A stretch of DNA of 39,195 nt from Octopus sinensis (GCF_006345805.1 NW_021835756.1:1-39195); one strand, 5' to 3'. Counted from the stretch's first letter, positions 11,951 to 25,972 are shown. Numbers and translations are program-made. The notes: a model not told the origin generated them from the letters alone.

Positions 11951-12185
11951 TATGTTACGTAAGTGAACGACCATGTTATTCGTTAAAGCTGCGTGAGCAA
12001 TGATTTGAAACAAACGCATTTTGGTATGTAAGAGGGAGCAGAGGAACATATGCAGTGAGTTCATCCAAGACATACACCAGTACACGCAGACAGACGGACG
12101 GAAGGACATACATACATACAGACGTACTTGGATACATACATACAAATATACAGACATACACACAAGCACACAGCCAATCAACTCG

Positions 12186-12463
<278 letters not shown>

Positions 12464-12769
12464 ATTTGATACATACTCAATCGTGAAGTACAAATACAAA
12501 ATGGCTTCAAATGTCTTGTAGAGCAAATTTAATGAGCTTAAGTAAATTCTTGATATTTTCTTCTGTTCAAAATTCTTAAACCAACTACATTCTCAGCTAA
12601 TTACACATCTAACTCTTACTTATTAGAAGCTGACAAAGCGTTGTTTCATATATGTACACACATATATACACACATCTATATGCATATTTACATGCATTCT
12701 TACATATATCCATATGTATACACGCATTGATATTCGCGTACGTATATGTATGTACGATTGTGTTTATAC

Positions 12770-12785
12770 ACATATATATATTATA

Positions 12786-12864
<79 letters not shown>

Positions 12865-13342
12865 ACCATATCTGTTCCATTTAGTTCCAAAGACATGTAG
12901 AAAAACTTAATTGGTAACAGAATACTCGTTGTTTTCAGTTACTTCTGCTCCGCTCAAGCAACTTCTCTCTCCAGGTCACTTTATCCAACTTGTCTATTAT
13001 GCTGTCTCTTCATTTATATCTGCATATTCACATTGCGCATGTACATCCTTATGTATTTCTTGAATTCAATGTGTGTATTTCTTGAAGTCCCTGCATCCGC
13101 ATATATTTTGTGTGTATCGACGTTACATATTCACATACACACACACACACACACGCGTGTATATTTGTTTATGTATATATGTATATGGATGTATGTATAT
13201 GTATGTATATAAATATATGTACTTATATATGTATAAATATATGTGTGTGTGTGTGTGTGTGTGTATGTGTGTGAAAATATTAGCTGATCTACTGCTCTTC
13301 TGTGTTGAAACTTTACCATATTATATATGTGTGTGTGTGTAG

Positions 13343-13408
<66 letters not shown>

Positions 13409-13420
13409 AAGAGAGAGAGA
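12770..13420. repeat. Cluster of (TA)n, (CA)n, (TG)n and (GA)n arrays with unique spacers
   Basis: Direct reading. Confidence 0.8.
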
Positions 13421-14012
13421 CGCATGTATATACGTATGTATGTACTAATTCATACGAAATCGTATGATCTATTTTTTATGACTAAAATTATAAAATTATT
13501 CTTATTTATAGCCTGTGCTATATAGGTTTTGTGGAAATTAGTATTAATAAGACATGTATGTATACGTATGTAAGTCTGCATAACTATGCGTGTCTCTTCC
13601 TGCATGTGATACTAATTTAAATATTAGTCTGAGAATGTAATGTGTGTGAAAGCTGGATGGATATAAAATGATAGACATTTTAATACTGAATATATTTTAA
13701 AACGTGAAAATTATATATTTCATATCACCTTTATGAATATGTACTTTTTCAAGTCTGCATATTACATCATTAGGTGCTATTATAAGCGGTAACATGTCTG
13801 CTTGCTATATATATTTTTAAACATGATGGCGATCAATCTGTATAAGCAGTGAGAAAGGAACCAATAACTGTCAAGTGGAGACGTAATTTACAGTGAGTAG
13901 TCATAGAATTCTGACCTTGTTTCCTTTTATTCAACCAGACGAATGAATTTATCATGCATATGTGTGTGGGCGCGCCTGGTTGTATGAGATCAGATAGACA
14001 GATAGATTATGG

Positions 14013-14013
<1 letters not shown>

Positions 14014-14043
<30 letters not shown>

Positions 14044-14109
14044 TGTATGTATGTATGTATGTATGTATGTATGTATGTATGTACGTATGTATGTATGTAT
14101 GTATGTATG
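14014..14109. repeat. (TATG)n microsatellite
   Basis: Direct reading. Confidence 0.95.
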
Positions 14110-14123
14110 CACCTATACAAACT

Positions 14124-14190
14124 AGTGTGGTAAGAAATTTGCTTTCCGTCAACATGGTTCCGGATTCAGTCCCACTGCGTGGGGAAGTCG
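14124..14190 (+). mobile_element. 5' tRNA-like head of SINE family B
   Basis: GTGTGGTAAGAAATTTGCTTTCC...CATGGTTCCGGATTCAGTCCCACTGCGTGG; reverse-complement match to 17020-17096. Confidence 0.7.
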
Positions 14191-14302
14191 CACAACAGGG
14201 AAGGAGCAGAATCAGGAACATACACATATACTGATAGATAGATAAAAAGATAGAAACATAGATATGTACATATATATATAGAGAGAGATATGGAGAGAGT
14301 GA

Positions 14303-14390
<88 letters not shown>

Positions 14391-14571
14391 TGTATGTGTG
14401 TGAGTGTGTGTGCATTTATGTATTTGTGTGTGCGCGAACGCGCCTATAATCTTATAGATCGAAATGAATTCGATTATTAAAATTTTATAATTATTCTGAA
14501 CATATGAAGGTAGGTTCGGGCGCAAAGTTTGTTGGTGGGTGTTGCATATGTCATAGGAAAATAATTTCTTC

Positions 14572-14860
14572 TTTTACGACGACACCTTGTGTGTTGAATG
14601 GAACAATCTGCTCGCGAAATTTACGTTAAAGACGCTGAGCACTCCCCAGATACGCATAATCTTAACATGGATCTCAGGGAGTTTCAGCATGACAAGGAAT
14701 GTGACAAGGCTGGCTCTTTTGAATTACTGGTGCTACTCATTTTTGCCTTTTGAGTGGACTGCAGTAATATGAAGCAAAATATATTACTCAAGGAGAGGAT
14801 CCTTCGCCAAGAATCGAACTCACGGCCTTACGACAATGAGCGAAATACTCTAAGCACCAA
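14572..14860 (-). mobile_element. Old SINE with family C core/tail but a different head
   Basis: CTGCTCGCGAAATTTACGT...CTGAGCACTCC...GTGACAAGGCTGGC aligns to 4485-4650, then diverges into TACTCATTTTTGCC...GAGTGGACTG and a B box (GAATCGAACTC on plus). Confidence 0.75.
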
Positions 14861-15519
14861 TCCATAGATGCATGCGTGTGTTTTTGTTCGTATGTGTGTG
14901 TCACTGTGTGTGTGCGTGCATGTGTGTGTATGTGTATATGTGTGTGTGCGTATGTGCATGTGTGTGTAGACATAATGTGTGAGATGACTGGAAACATGTT
15001 TTTGCAATATTTTAGTCAGGACTGAAAGCTGCAAGCACTGACGAACAACCTGACTCGAATGCTTTAAACAGAAAAGATTCCATCATAATAAGTAAGGAGC
15101 CATACATGACGATTTTTAAGTCTTCCACACAATTAGGCCGTGAGGGCATCTTCATTCAGAATGCAAAGTTTCGGAACAAGTACTACATTGTAGCCGGTAC
15201 TAGGTTATTATTTTTGCTTCAATCAAGCTACATGGATTATCAAATTACTATAATCTCCGAAAGGGGTGAAAGGCAACATAGTACTCGGAGGCAATATGTA
15301 CTCAGAGTCGGAATATATACCACGAAGCAGTCTACACGATACTCTAACCTTCCAGCCACTTCGCACAACCTTGCAAATGACCTAATATTTGTGCATGTGA
15401 TAAGATACGGGCCAACGAGGAAGCCACTTGGACGTCAATCATCTTGCTAAATATAGAAACAAATCTAAAAATAATATTTTGAAATATGACCCAATGCTTA
15501 TGGTTGGAACTGCTTTGGT

Positions 15520-15742
15520 TATATGTCTACTCAATCATGGCTGCAGTCTAATGACTGAAAGAAGTAAAGGACAAAATGATAAAACAAATAAAGTATAAAA
15601 CAAGTAAAGGATAAAAGATATATATGTTTTTTCGGACAGTTTCCTTCTGTCACATTTTATTCACAAATTAATGGTGAGCTCAGCAGTTAGGGTGAGCACA
15701 CAGTCTTATGGTTGGAGAGGGAATCTCGCAGCCACACAGCTT
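15520..15742. mobile_element. Degenerate SINE family B fragments (tail on plus, head on minus)
   Basis: CATGGCTGCAGTCTAATGACTGAAAGAAGTAAAGGA tail; CAGTTTCC...ATGGTTGGAGAG...CCACACAGC head remnant. Confidence 0.5.
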
Positions 15743-15794
15743 CGTATTCATCACATCTTTCACTAAATATCTCCTCTAATATACTTGTAAACTA

Positions 15795-16222
15795 GAGGCA
15801 CAGAGCTAGCTTTTCAGTGGGTTGTAGTCACTTACATCGACCCAAAACTTCCCTTCGTATTTACTTAATCTACCCTGAGAGGATGAATAGCAACGTCGAC
15901 CTCAGCATCATTTATAATATTTTTCTTTACTACCCACAGAGAGGACAAACAAGGACAGACAAATGGATTAAGTCGATTACATCGAGCCCAGTGCGTAACC
16001 GGTACTTAATTTATCGACCCCGAAAGGATGAAAGGTAAAGTCGACCTCGGCGAAATTTGAAATCAGAACGTAACGGCAGACGAAATACAGCTACGTATTT
16101 CGCCCGGCGTGCTAACGATTCTGCCAGCTCGCCGCCTTTTTTATAATCAAAGTATAAGGATGGAAGAAATTCCGCGAAGCAATTTCAACGGCAGGCATAC
16201 GATTCAGCCATTTCTCCATCTT
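15795..16222 (-). mobile_element. Old SINE family A copy split by a younger copy
   Basis: 15795-15918 and 16140-16222 join into one degenerate family A element once the inner copy is removed. Confidence 0.7.
15919..16139 (-). mobile_element. Young SINE family A copy (tail type 1)
   Basis: High similarity to 25373-25602; flanked by TTTATAAT direct repeats (15911-15918, 16140-16147). Confidence 0.92.
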
Positions 16223-16732
16223 CAGACGGCATCTAATATAATAAATATTACAAACGTATAATAAACATTACAGAAGTAGTATGGATATTTTAAGAATGTT
16301 TGGAAGTAATATTATGTAAATAAATCGATTACGTAGAAGTCTTTTGCTAACTATTAGATAAGAGAACCATGCTTCATGTGTTTACATATTTCGTCTAATA
16401 ATTGGTAATCGATACGGATGATGATAATCGGAATTTTATCTAGAAACATATCCAATGTAGAGAAGTAGAACACTTTGATCTACAATGGCCTGGAAAAACG
16501 ATATTACATAGAGAAAGCAACTAGTGTGGCTTAAATTATTAGTGACTCTCCATGGAGTGGTATGCCTCATAACTGTTTTGCATTTGAAAAATACGAGAAG
16601 TTGAGCGGATCCAGAAATAGTATCTACAAATACAAATGTTTATATTAAGTATATAAGGAATCGAATTATAGAGAGATTACCTTTAGTCCACATAGATAAG
16701 AAACTCACATCGAATAGGTACTTATATTGTTT

Positions 16733-17096
16733 TATCTTTTATCTGTTCTAGTCATTAGGCTGTGGCCATGCTGGGACACTGCCTTGAAGAAATTCTTCTC
16801 GATTGAATCAACCCTAGTTCTTGCTTTCTTTTTCAAGTCTGATACTTGTTTTCTTGACCTCTTTTGCTTTACCGCTATGTTACGGTTACACAAAGACACG
16901 CACGCTCACACACACTCAGAGATACATACAAACACAGACACACACTTAAACACACACATACACACATATATACTTCGGGCTTATTTCAGTTTCCATATAC
17001 CAAATCCACTTACTTCCCGAGGCGCCATGCAATTGAACTGAACTCGGAATCATGTGTTGGGGAAGCAATCATCTCACCACACAGTCACACCTGCGC
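16733..17096 (-). mobile_element. Near full-length degenerate SINE family B with internal (CA)n
   Basis: tRNA-like head at 17020-17096, central TTTCAGTTTCCATATACCAAATCCACT, internal CA tract, tail GTCATTAGGCTGTGGCCATGCTGGGACACTGCC. Confidence 0.85.
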
Positions 17097-17190
17097 TGGT
17101 TTAATAATTCGACTCATACTGTATGTAAGTAAATGGCCTACGTTTGGTGTACGACAAGCTCAGTATTATCGTTTCTTTATTATTTCTGTA

Positions 17191-17816
17191 GCGGCGAGCT
17201 GGCAGAAGCGTTAGCACGCCGGGCGAAATGCTTTGCGGTATTTCGTCTGCCGTGACGTTCTGAGTTCAAATTCCGCCGAGGTCGACTTTGCCTTTCATCA
17301 TTTCGGGGTCGATTAAATAAGTACCAGTTACGCACTGAAGTCGATATAATCGATTTAATCCGTTTGTCTGTCCTTGTTTGTCCTCTCTGTATGCAGCCCC
17401 TTGTGGGCAGTAAAGAAATAGGTATTTCGTCTGTCTTTACATTGTGAGTTCAGAAACCGCTAAGGTCGACTTTGCTTTCCATCATTCCGGGGCTGACAAA
17501 TTAAGTACCAGTTGCGTACTGGGGTCGATTTAATCGACTGGCTCCCTCCCCCAAAATTTCGGACCTTGTGCCTAGAAAAGAAAAAAATTATTTCTGTAGC
17601 GAAAGGCGGTAAGCTGGCAGAAGCGTTAGCGCTCCGGACGAAATTCTTATCGGTAGTTCGTCTGTCTTTACGTTCTGAGAACAAATTCGGCCGAGGTCGA
17701 CTTTGTCTTTCATCCTTTCAAGGCTGACAAATTAAGTACCAGTTGCATAGTGGTATCGATCAAATCTACTGGCTCCCACACCCAAAATTTCGGGCCTTGT
17801 GCCTAGAGAAGAAAAG
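17191..17816 (+). mobile_element. Tandem array of three SINE family A units (17191-17420, 17421-17586 5'-truncated, 17605-17816)
   Basis: Repeated GCTGGCAGAAGCGTTAGC / GAGGTCGACTTTG / AAGTACCAGTT blocks; B-box-like GAGTTCAAATTCC; ATTATTTCTGTAGCG present three times at the borders. Confidence 0.93.
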
Positions 17817-18129
17817 ATTATTTCTGTAGCGAAATATAAAATTTATATGTATTGTATTAGCTTGATTATGGAACCACAGTCATTGACGTTCTCTTAAAAG
17901 CATTTATACGTTTTTCTAATAACGGGATTCATGCACATTTAGCAGTAAATGGAAATTGTGTGTATAAGATTCACCTCACCAGCACTAAACGATGCAAATG
18001 AGAACATAACTGAATGAAATTTATGTGAAGGAAAAATTCCTCCCACTTTACGAACGAAATAATGAACTTAAGTGAGCAGTTCATCTCACTGAACGCTTAA
18101 GATTAAATATCAAAAGATTAATCGATGGA

Positions 18130-18735
<606 letters not shown>

Positions 18736-18915
18736 TTTGGCTCAAGGCCAGAAATGTTGAGGGCACGTCGTTTACATGGAACCCATTAGTTAAGTTGTAC
18801 TTCATCTTATCGAACGCGAGAGATGACCCCGGGGGAAATAGAACACAAAAGGAGAAATGAAATGCCACCAAAAGTTTTGTCGAACGGCACCCTCAACGAT
18901 TCTACTACCTCACCA
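18736..18915 (-). mobile_element. Highly degenerate SINE family A copy
   Basis: GGCTCAAGGCCAGAAATG...GTCGTTTACATGGAACCCA...AACGATTCTACTACCTCACC. Confidence 0.45.
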
Positions 18916-18957
18916 TCACCACCACCACCACCATAATAATGATGATGATGATGATAA

Positions 18958-19374
18958 TATTTTCTTCATTGACCACAAGGACAAACTACAAAACAAAAGG
19001 GCAATAGAAAAACAAGGGTCACATGGAGGGTTAACATATAAATACGTATAAATTAAACAATAGGAATTACCAACAAAATTTAAAGAATAAAATCCTCGAA
19101 ATGGAGGAAATCGACCCAGAAGCAATCAAGCAAAACCCACACATCCTGGTCACCCTGACCGCGAAGGGCAATCAATGCAGGCAGCGCTCTCTTCCTCACC
19201 TCATCCGGCCTAAGGGCGTGTGTTCAGAAAGGTCAATTTACACGAACCATTCTTGCCACATTCACATGCTTTTAAACAAAAATACTGGGAGGAGGAGGAG
19301 GACAACCCGTTCTCTCTCCACCCCTCACTTTCTGTTTCAAGTGGAACTTGAAAAAGTCGACCTGGCTTTGGCCA
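18958..19374 (-). mobile_element. 5'-truncated Tx1/L1-like LINE: ORF2 C-terminus remnant plus 3' UTR
   Basis: Minus strand translates, across frameshifts, as GQSQVDFFKFHLKQKVR/VERER.../VNVARMVRVN, resembling the C-terminus of Tx1-type ORF2 as I recall it; T-rich UTR ending CCTTGTGGTCAATGAAGAAA. Confidence 0.6.
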
Positions 19375-19383
19375 ATAATAATA

Positions 19384-19437
<54 letters not shown>

Positions 19438-19537
19438 TAATAACAACTTATAATGTTACCAATATTGCTGCAAGGTCAGATACTTTGAAGGGAGGAGAGA
19501 GTCGATAACACCGATCTCAGTGATAATAATAATAATG

Positions 19538-19594
<57 letters not shown>
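19375..19594. repeat. Two (AAT)n arrays with a short SINE-tail-like spacer
   Basis: Direct reading. Confidence 0.9.
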
Positions 19595-19597
<3 letters not shown>

Positions 19598-20719
19598 GAG
19601 ACAACACTATTATTAATGTTCGATCCCAGAATTCCCGGAGATCCATCCATGACCCTGAATCAATTGACCTATAATTCTATTTTTGAATTCCCCATAATTG
19701 CGAGAGATATGAATTAAGAAATATTCCGAGAGATTTTATGTCTGATTTCATGGCACGGGATTAAAACGCTTCTATTTATTCATTTTATTTATTTTATTTT
19801 TTTATTTTTATTTCTACTTAGCTGCCACACAACGATATCTAGAAAGCAATGCTTTTACATTCTCATCAAAATCATTTAATTGGAATGTTTAAAGATTTAA
19901 ATCGATCATTTGAGCAATAATAAACCGCCACCAATCACAAACCAAGAAGAGTCAAACAATAAATAAATAAATAAATAAATAGATGAATAAATAAATAAAT
20001 AAATAAAAAGAGTATGGAACATACAAATGCACACATATATATATATACCCACCGCAAACCATTGATAAACACAGAGAGTTCCAACGCTAAAACATGAAAA
20101 GACACACTGAGCATAATTGCTATATTTTTAATTAAATTTAACTTAAGAACAACTATAAATCTGTTCTCTACATGTCAATCTTCTCTCTTTTTTACCCGTT
20201 ATTTAATTAATATTTTCAATTATGAACCCACTTAGACTACGAATAAATGACAACTCTATTGAGGTTTTATGCTTTTTTTATAACCATTTTCGCCAGAGAT
20301 TTAATTTTCTAATGATTTTTACATTTATTCTTTCCCGCATTAATTTATTCTTTGAGGAACCGTAGTAATTTCCCCAGTGGTACTTAATTCATTCTAAAGA
20401 ATATGGCCTCTTTAACATCAACCAAAGAAAAAATGTCATTGATACTGAGAGTGAAAAAAAAAGCAATGAACTTACTTCGTTAAAGATTATTTTAGTTTGA
20501 CAATAACTATTATGTTTACACGGTTATATCACAAATCTCTCTTCGTTTTTCTCCGGCTTGCACATACGCATATGTATATATAAAAATATAAACAGAAATA
20601 TACAAACACATATGATTTACATAGTAATATAGATATGTTAAATAACATACAAAACAGCTTATAATTTTCTTTTGTTTCTTTTTTCTATACTTGATCATAT
20701 ATAATGGCCTCAGAACTTG

Positions 20720-20855
20720 AGACAAGGCCAGTGTTTTTAAGCATTGGCTTAATTTATAGCTTTGTTGTCGATCCTCAGAAAGATGAAAGGCTAAGATGAC
20801 CTCGACTTCATTTGTACTCAGAAATAAAACACCAGACCAAATGCCACAATGAATT
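20720..20855 (-). mobile_element. Degenerate SINE family A fragment
   Basis: ACAAGGCCAG...GAAAGATGAAAGGCTAAGATGACCTCGACTTCATTTGTACTCAGAA. Confidence 0.6.
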
Positions 20856-20872
20856 TTGCCTGCGTTTTCAAA

Positions 20873-20908
20873 ACACACACACATGTATGTATGTACATAT
20901 ATATACAT

Positions 20909-20957
<49 letters not shown>

Positions 20958-20985
20958 ATATATATTATATATATATATATATATG

Positions 20986-21030
<45 letters not shown>

Positions 21031-21127
21031 TACATACATATACATAATATATATATATAATATATATATATATATATACACACACACTCGCACACACACA
21101 CATACATATATATATTATATATATATA

Positions 21128-21172
<45 letters not shown>

Positions 21173-21182
21173 TATATATATC
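20873..21182. repeat. Long interrupted (TA)n array
   Basis: Direct reading. Confidence 0.95.
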
Positions 21183-22082
21183 TACGAACAGGTATATACA
21201 TGTAAACCTACTTACTCACATACACACTTATGATAGAGAGTGCATTTGTTACTTGGAACTGAATATAACTTGGTTAAGGAAATCTGTATCAAATTAGGAA
21301 ACGTTACAGTGGAATTCATCTATTAAAACGAAATATATTGAATATTGAATTATTTGCGATTATTCATAGTTCTGAAATCATTGAATGAATGTATATCATA
21401 CATATACTATCTCTCACACACACACACACACACTCTCTCTCTCACACACACACACTTGTATATATATAAGTATTGAGGATTTAAATTTGTATGTATATGA
21501 ACGAAAATCAAGCCGCGGAATCTATTGGTGAAGCTGTTGTTGATAAATATTAGTTCGTATATCATCAGGTAAATGATGACTTTTGGTGAGCTGTGGTAAG
21601 GGTTGACGATTAACTATTCAATGTATCTGATTCGAATAGAAAGTATTTATAGTGGGAATAATTAAATTCCTATGATATAGTGGTATGGCTGCGATTCTGC
21701 TAGCTTACCGCGTTATATTCTTGACCATAACATAATAATAAACAGTTTTGCGAAGGAATTTAATTTGAATCAATTAGAATTTCATCTGCTCTTAACTCAC
21801 AGTTCCCTGTGAGTTTTACTCTCCTACTATCGTAAAAGTTTTGATTCTTCACACTATAAAAACGTTTCATTGGATTCGGGCACACTTAATATTTTATCTC
21901 TTCCTCTTACCTCTGCTCACCAAAAGTTACCATTTACGTAATGATATACAAACTAAAATTTATCAACAACTTCGCAAATATTGTATATGGCTTCCTTTTC
22001 GTAAGTTTAATTTCAAATCCGTAATATTTCTACCTTATAATTATATCGATTTCCTCATACATGGCATAGAACTTACACGTAT

Positions 22083-22091
22083 ACTTACCTG
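22083..22091 (-). other. Consensus 5' splice donor CAG|GTAAGT (candidate exon end at 22089)
   Basis: Plus ACTTACCTG is the perfect 9-nt donor on minus; acceptor uncertain. Confidence 0.3.
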
Positions 22092-22287
22092 ATGTACATG
22101 CATTCATTTCAGTTCTATAAATATTCGCAAGTAATTCAATACTCAACATATTCCGTTTTAATAGATAAATTCTGCAATAATGTTTCCTAAGTTGGTACAG
22201 ATTTACTTCAACGAGTGGAAGTTATTTTTAGTTCCTAAGAACAAATATTCACTCTACTAAAAGTGTGTATCTGTGTTTATGTTAATT

Positions 22288-22400
22288 ATATATATATATA
22301 ATTTAATTATTTATATATATATATATATATATATAAAATTTAATGATGACAATCCAAAATATAGAACTGACAATAATAACATAACTGTATATGTATGTAT

Positions 22401-22480
<80 letters not shown>

Positions 22481-22513
22481 TATATACATATATATATATG
22501 TATGTATATATAC

Positions 22514-22600
<87 letters not shown>
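22288..22600. repeat. Long interrupted (TA)n array
   Basis: Direct reading. Confidence 0.95.
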
Positions 22601-23028
22601 CAAATAATTATATACGCGTTACTATATATGCAGACGTTTATATATGAATAGACAGAAAGCTACATTGATAGATGGAATCATGCATAGATAGTCATAACCT
22701 TACTACTCTACATACAGTGGTTCTATCTTAACATTTCATCCTTCATTTTGAGCGTCTGTAATTAGAATGTATCGGTATGTAAGTATCCAAAATATGGACT
22801 CTAAATGTGTCGGTATATGTCTCTCATCTTAAACATATACTTACAAACATACATACAGACATACGCACACACTCACACACACGTATATATAAGTATATAC
22901 ATATATTTGTCGCTGCCTGTCATAAATAGCCTTTTTCTATTTGCAATATGCATTTTCGTTGATTTTCCATATTTTAACCTTACATTTCCACGTGTATTTT
23001 ATATTTTCTTTTCGTAACATATTTCTAC

Positions 23029-23096
<68 letters not shown>

Positions 23097-23140
23097 TGTG
23101 TGTGGGTGTATGTGTGTATGTATATATGTATGTATATATT
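23029..23140. repeat. (TA)n-(TG)n microsatellite
   Basis: Direct reading. Confidence 0.95.
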
Positions 23141-24406
23141 ATTACGCATAACGTCATCTTTTCCTTGAGGGTAAATTCTGTTTGTAATATATGGGTTTTT
23201 AATGGCGTTTGGATCTCTGGTGTTTTTAATGTCCGTGTGTTCATTCCCCTCTTTGATGTTCGTGTATGTGTGCATATATGTTTATGTCTGTAGCTTCCTG
23301 GCAACAGCATAATGTGCTCGTTTCATTGACTTTTTTTAGGCACTAATTTCAAAGTGTGATGTTTCTATACCTCTTAGTTCGTTTAGACTGTTCGGTGTAT
23401 GTGTATGCGTGTCTCCTTGTCTGTTTTACGTCATGAGTGGTTATCATTGGATATTCTCTGAAACAGCATCATGATGGCTGATGTGTGAATTTCTTTAAAA
23501 AAAACACGTAAAACTACAAAAAGAACACAAGAGAATGTTTCCTCTTTGTGGGCTTTGGAACCGACAAGTTTGGCGGGTCAAAATTATCCAATTTATAGAA
23601 ATGTTGCATATTCTTTCATTTAGGGAAAGTTCAGGCGATAACTATATAGGGAACATCACTCTGATGTTTAAATTAATTAAGGCGAAAAATATTATTTGAA
23701 GTGGGAATTTATTAAAAGAGAATTTCCCCACCCCCTTTGCGGGTTTCTTTTTTAAAGCGAGCTCGTTTGAGTGGATGAAATGTTTCTGTTTATTGATTTA
23801 TTGCTTTTTCATTCATTTGGAAACTGCTCTGAAGATTGATATATATGGGAAACTACTCTAACAGAATTACTAATTAGGGCGTGAAATATTATTTGAAGAG
23901 GAAAGAGAAAAATGGTGTGTTCCTTATAGATTCATGCTAGTGCTGTATGCCGTAAGGAACTTGAAGAAATATTTGTGCCTTTGAAAAATTAATTATTATT
24001 AAGGCTTTGATTTGGGTTCTCAAGATATCTAGACTTTCTAGGATACAAAAAAAAATCCAGGTTCTGGTAGTTCAAATTATAATTTTCAGTTTATTATTGG
24101 ATGCTAAGGTCTTAGTGTTCAATCCACCAATCAGTCAGAAAATTTTGTGTTTGGCCAAGAATTTACCGACAAGTATGGTACAACAGTACATGACTGCGTA
24201 TAAGACGGAGGAAACAATTGCATATGGGATTCGCTTTGAATGTCTAAGATATTGAAAGTGTTTGTTAAAACTGGTAAATATAGTGTGATATAATTGTGTT
24301 AATCCGTATATTCCTCGTAGGAGATCGACGAATTTGTGGAAATAGAAATTAAATTTCTAAGAAATTATATTCGGCGATAGGCATTTATGTCTGAATATGA
24401 CAGTGA

Positions 24407-24620
24407 TTTCAAATTTTGGCACAAGGCCAGCAAGTTCAGGGTAGATGGCAAGATGATTACAACCACTCCAGTACTCAACTGGTACTTATTTTTATTGATA
24501 CATGAAGGATGAAAGGCAAAGTCGACCTCAGCGGAATTTGAACTCAGAACGTGAAGACAGACGAAGTACAGATAAGCATTTTGTCGGCTGTGTAAACGAT
24601 TCTGCGAACTAACCACCATT
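24407..24620 (-). mobile_element. SINE family A copy (tail type 2), diverged
   Basis: GGCACAAGGCCAGCAAG...ACTGGTACTTATTTT...GAAAGGCAAAGTCGACCTCAGCGGAATTTGAACTCAGAACGT. Confidence 0.88.
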
Positions 24621-25372
24621 TGATCGAATATAATACTGAGACACTGTAATTTTTTGTCGTTTAGGCTGTAAACTACGCCTGTGAAAATCACAATAGTAAG
24701 TCGACGACATAGTGCAATGTTTAGCATCAGATCGTGGAATTATTTTGTTAGATGTTACCTGAACTAATCTTCTTGTTGCACCTGTTATGATTTTTGAGAT
24801 GAGTAAAATAGTGCAATAACATCTCCATATATTCCGTCAATAAGGCAGTAAAACTTTTGTATATTAATTAATCCAATTACCTTTGATGTTGCCGCGCAAT
24901 GACGCACTTTGATGCTCACATCAAAACAGTGTTATCGCTATTCATGCATATGCTGAGGTTGAAAGAAAAGAATATATCGATTTACGGACATGCGTTGTTA
25001 TTTGTATGTCGTTATCTTTTATGACGTACTCAAGTTTTACGAAGTTTATTCCCATTAATAATACATGGCTAGTAGTCAATTATATCTAATTGAGTGACGA
25101 TGTGAATAAGAATTACAATGTTATCCAGAGGGATAAGTTTGTAATTCTGGTAGTAAATGAGCGAAAGGTGAGAAAACAAGATGTTACAGGCAGGTCGGAA
25201 CAAGGTGCAATTAGTCTGGGTATGAACGATGTCGGGCGAAGTAAAATAGGAAAGGGTGCTATTAGTATATTATAAGAACAAGGTGAATTAAAATCTATTG
25301 GGAACATGGTAACTACCATGTAGAAGAGATAAGCAGTTTTAGCAAAATAGTGTTGGTAGCTTCTTATTTTAA

Positions 25373-25602
25373 GGTGGCGAGCTGGCAGAATCGTTAGCAC
25401 GCCGGACGAAATGCTTAGCAGTATTCGTCTGCCGTTACGTTCTGAGTTCAAGTTCCACCGAGGTCGACTTTGCCTTTCATCCATTCGGGGTCGATAAATT
25501 AAGTACCAGTTACGTACTGGGGTCAATATAATCGACTTAATCCCTCTGTCTCTCCTTGTTTGTCTCCTCTATGTTTAGCCCCTTGTGGGTAGTAAAGAAA
25601 TA
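25373..25602 (+). mobile_element. Full-length young SINE family A (tail type 1) with 18-bp TSD
   Basis: A-box-like TGGCAGAATCG and B-box-like GAGTTCAAGTTCC; flanked by GGTAGCTTCTTATTTTAA (25355-25372) and GGTAGCTACTTATTTTAA (25603-25620). Confidence 0.94.
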
Positions 25603-25896
25603 GGTAGCTACTTATTTTAATACTTCTAACGAGCTGTGATTCACGCCTTTGTCCTAATATCATAGCTCCTATAAATATAAATGTATTAGACATATAAATG
25701 TCGTAGTTTATATATTGTATATATTTATTTTGTAAAATTTAGTTACCAATGAAATAGGTCAGGCACACGTAAGAGCTAAAACTAGTCTTTAATTATATTA
25801 GTCAGGGAACATATTTATAAGCATGTTTATAATATGCACAGATATAAATTTGTTACAGCACGTGCGAGAACTCACACAAACATCTCTCTCGTTTTG

Positions 25897-25905
25897 TATA
25901 TATAT

Positions 25906-25972
<67 letters not shown>

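Noticed and set aside
17179-17834. CRISPR-like repeat-spacer pattern
   Set aside because: Eukaryotic context; the spacers are homologous SINE units and the repeats are target-site duplications.
23822-23870. CTGAAGA...GAAAC spacing like a minimal hammerhead
   Set aside because: Stem II and stem III cannot pair and there is no stem I complement.
24007-25275. Complex-sequence ORFs 24007-24255 and 25090-25275
   Set aside because: Short, non-ATG starts, no recognisable domain or convincing splice pair.
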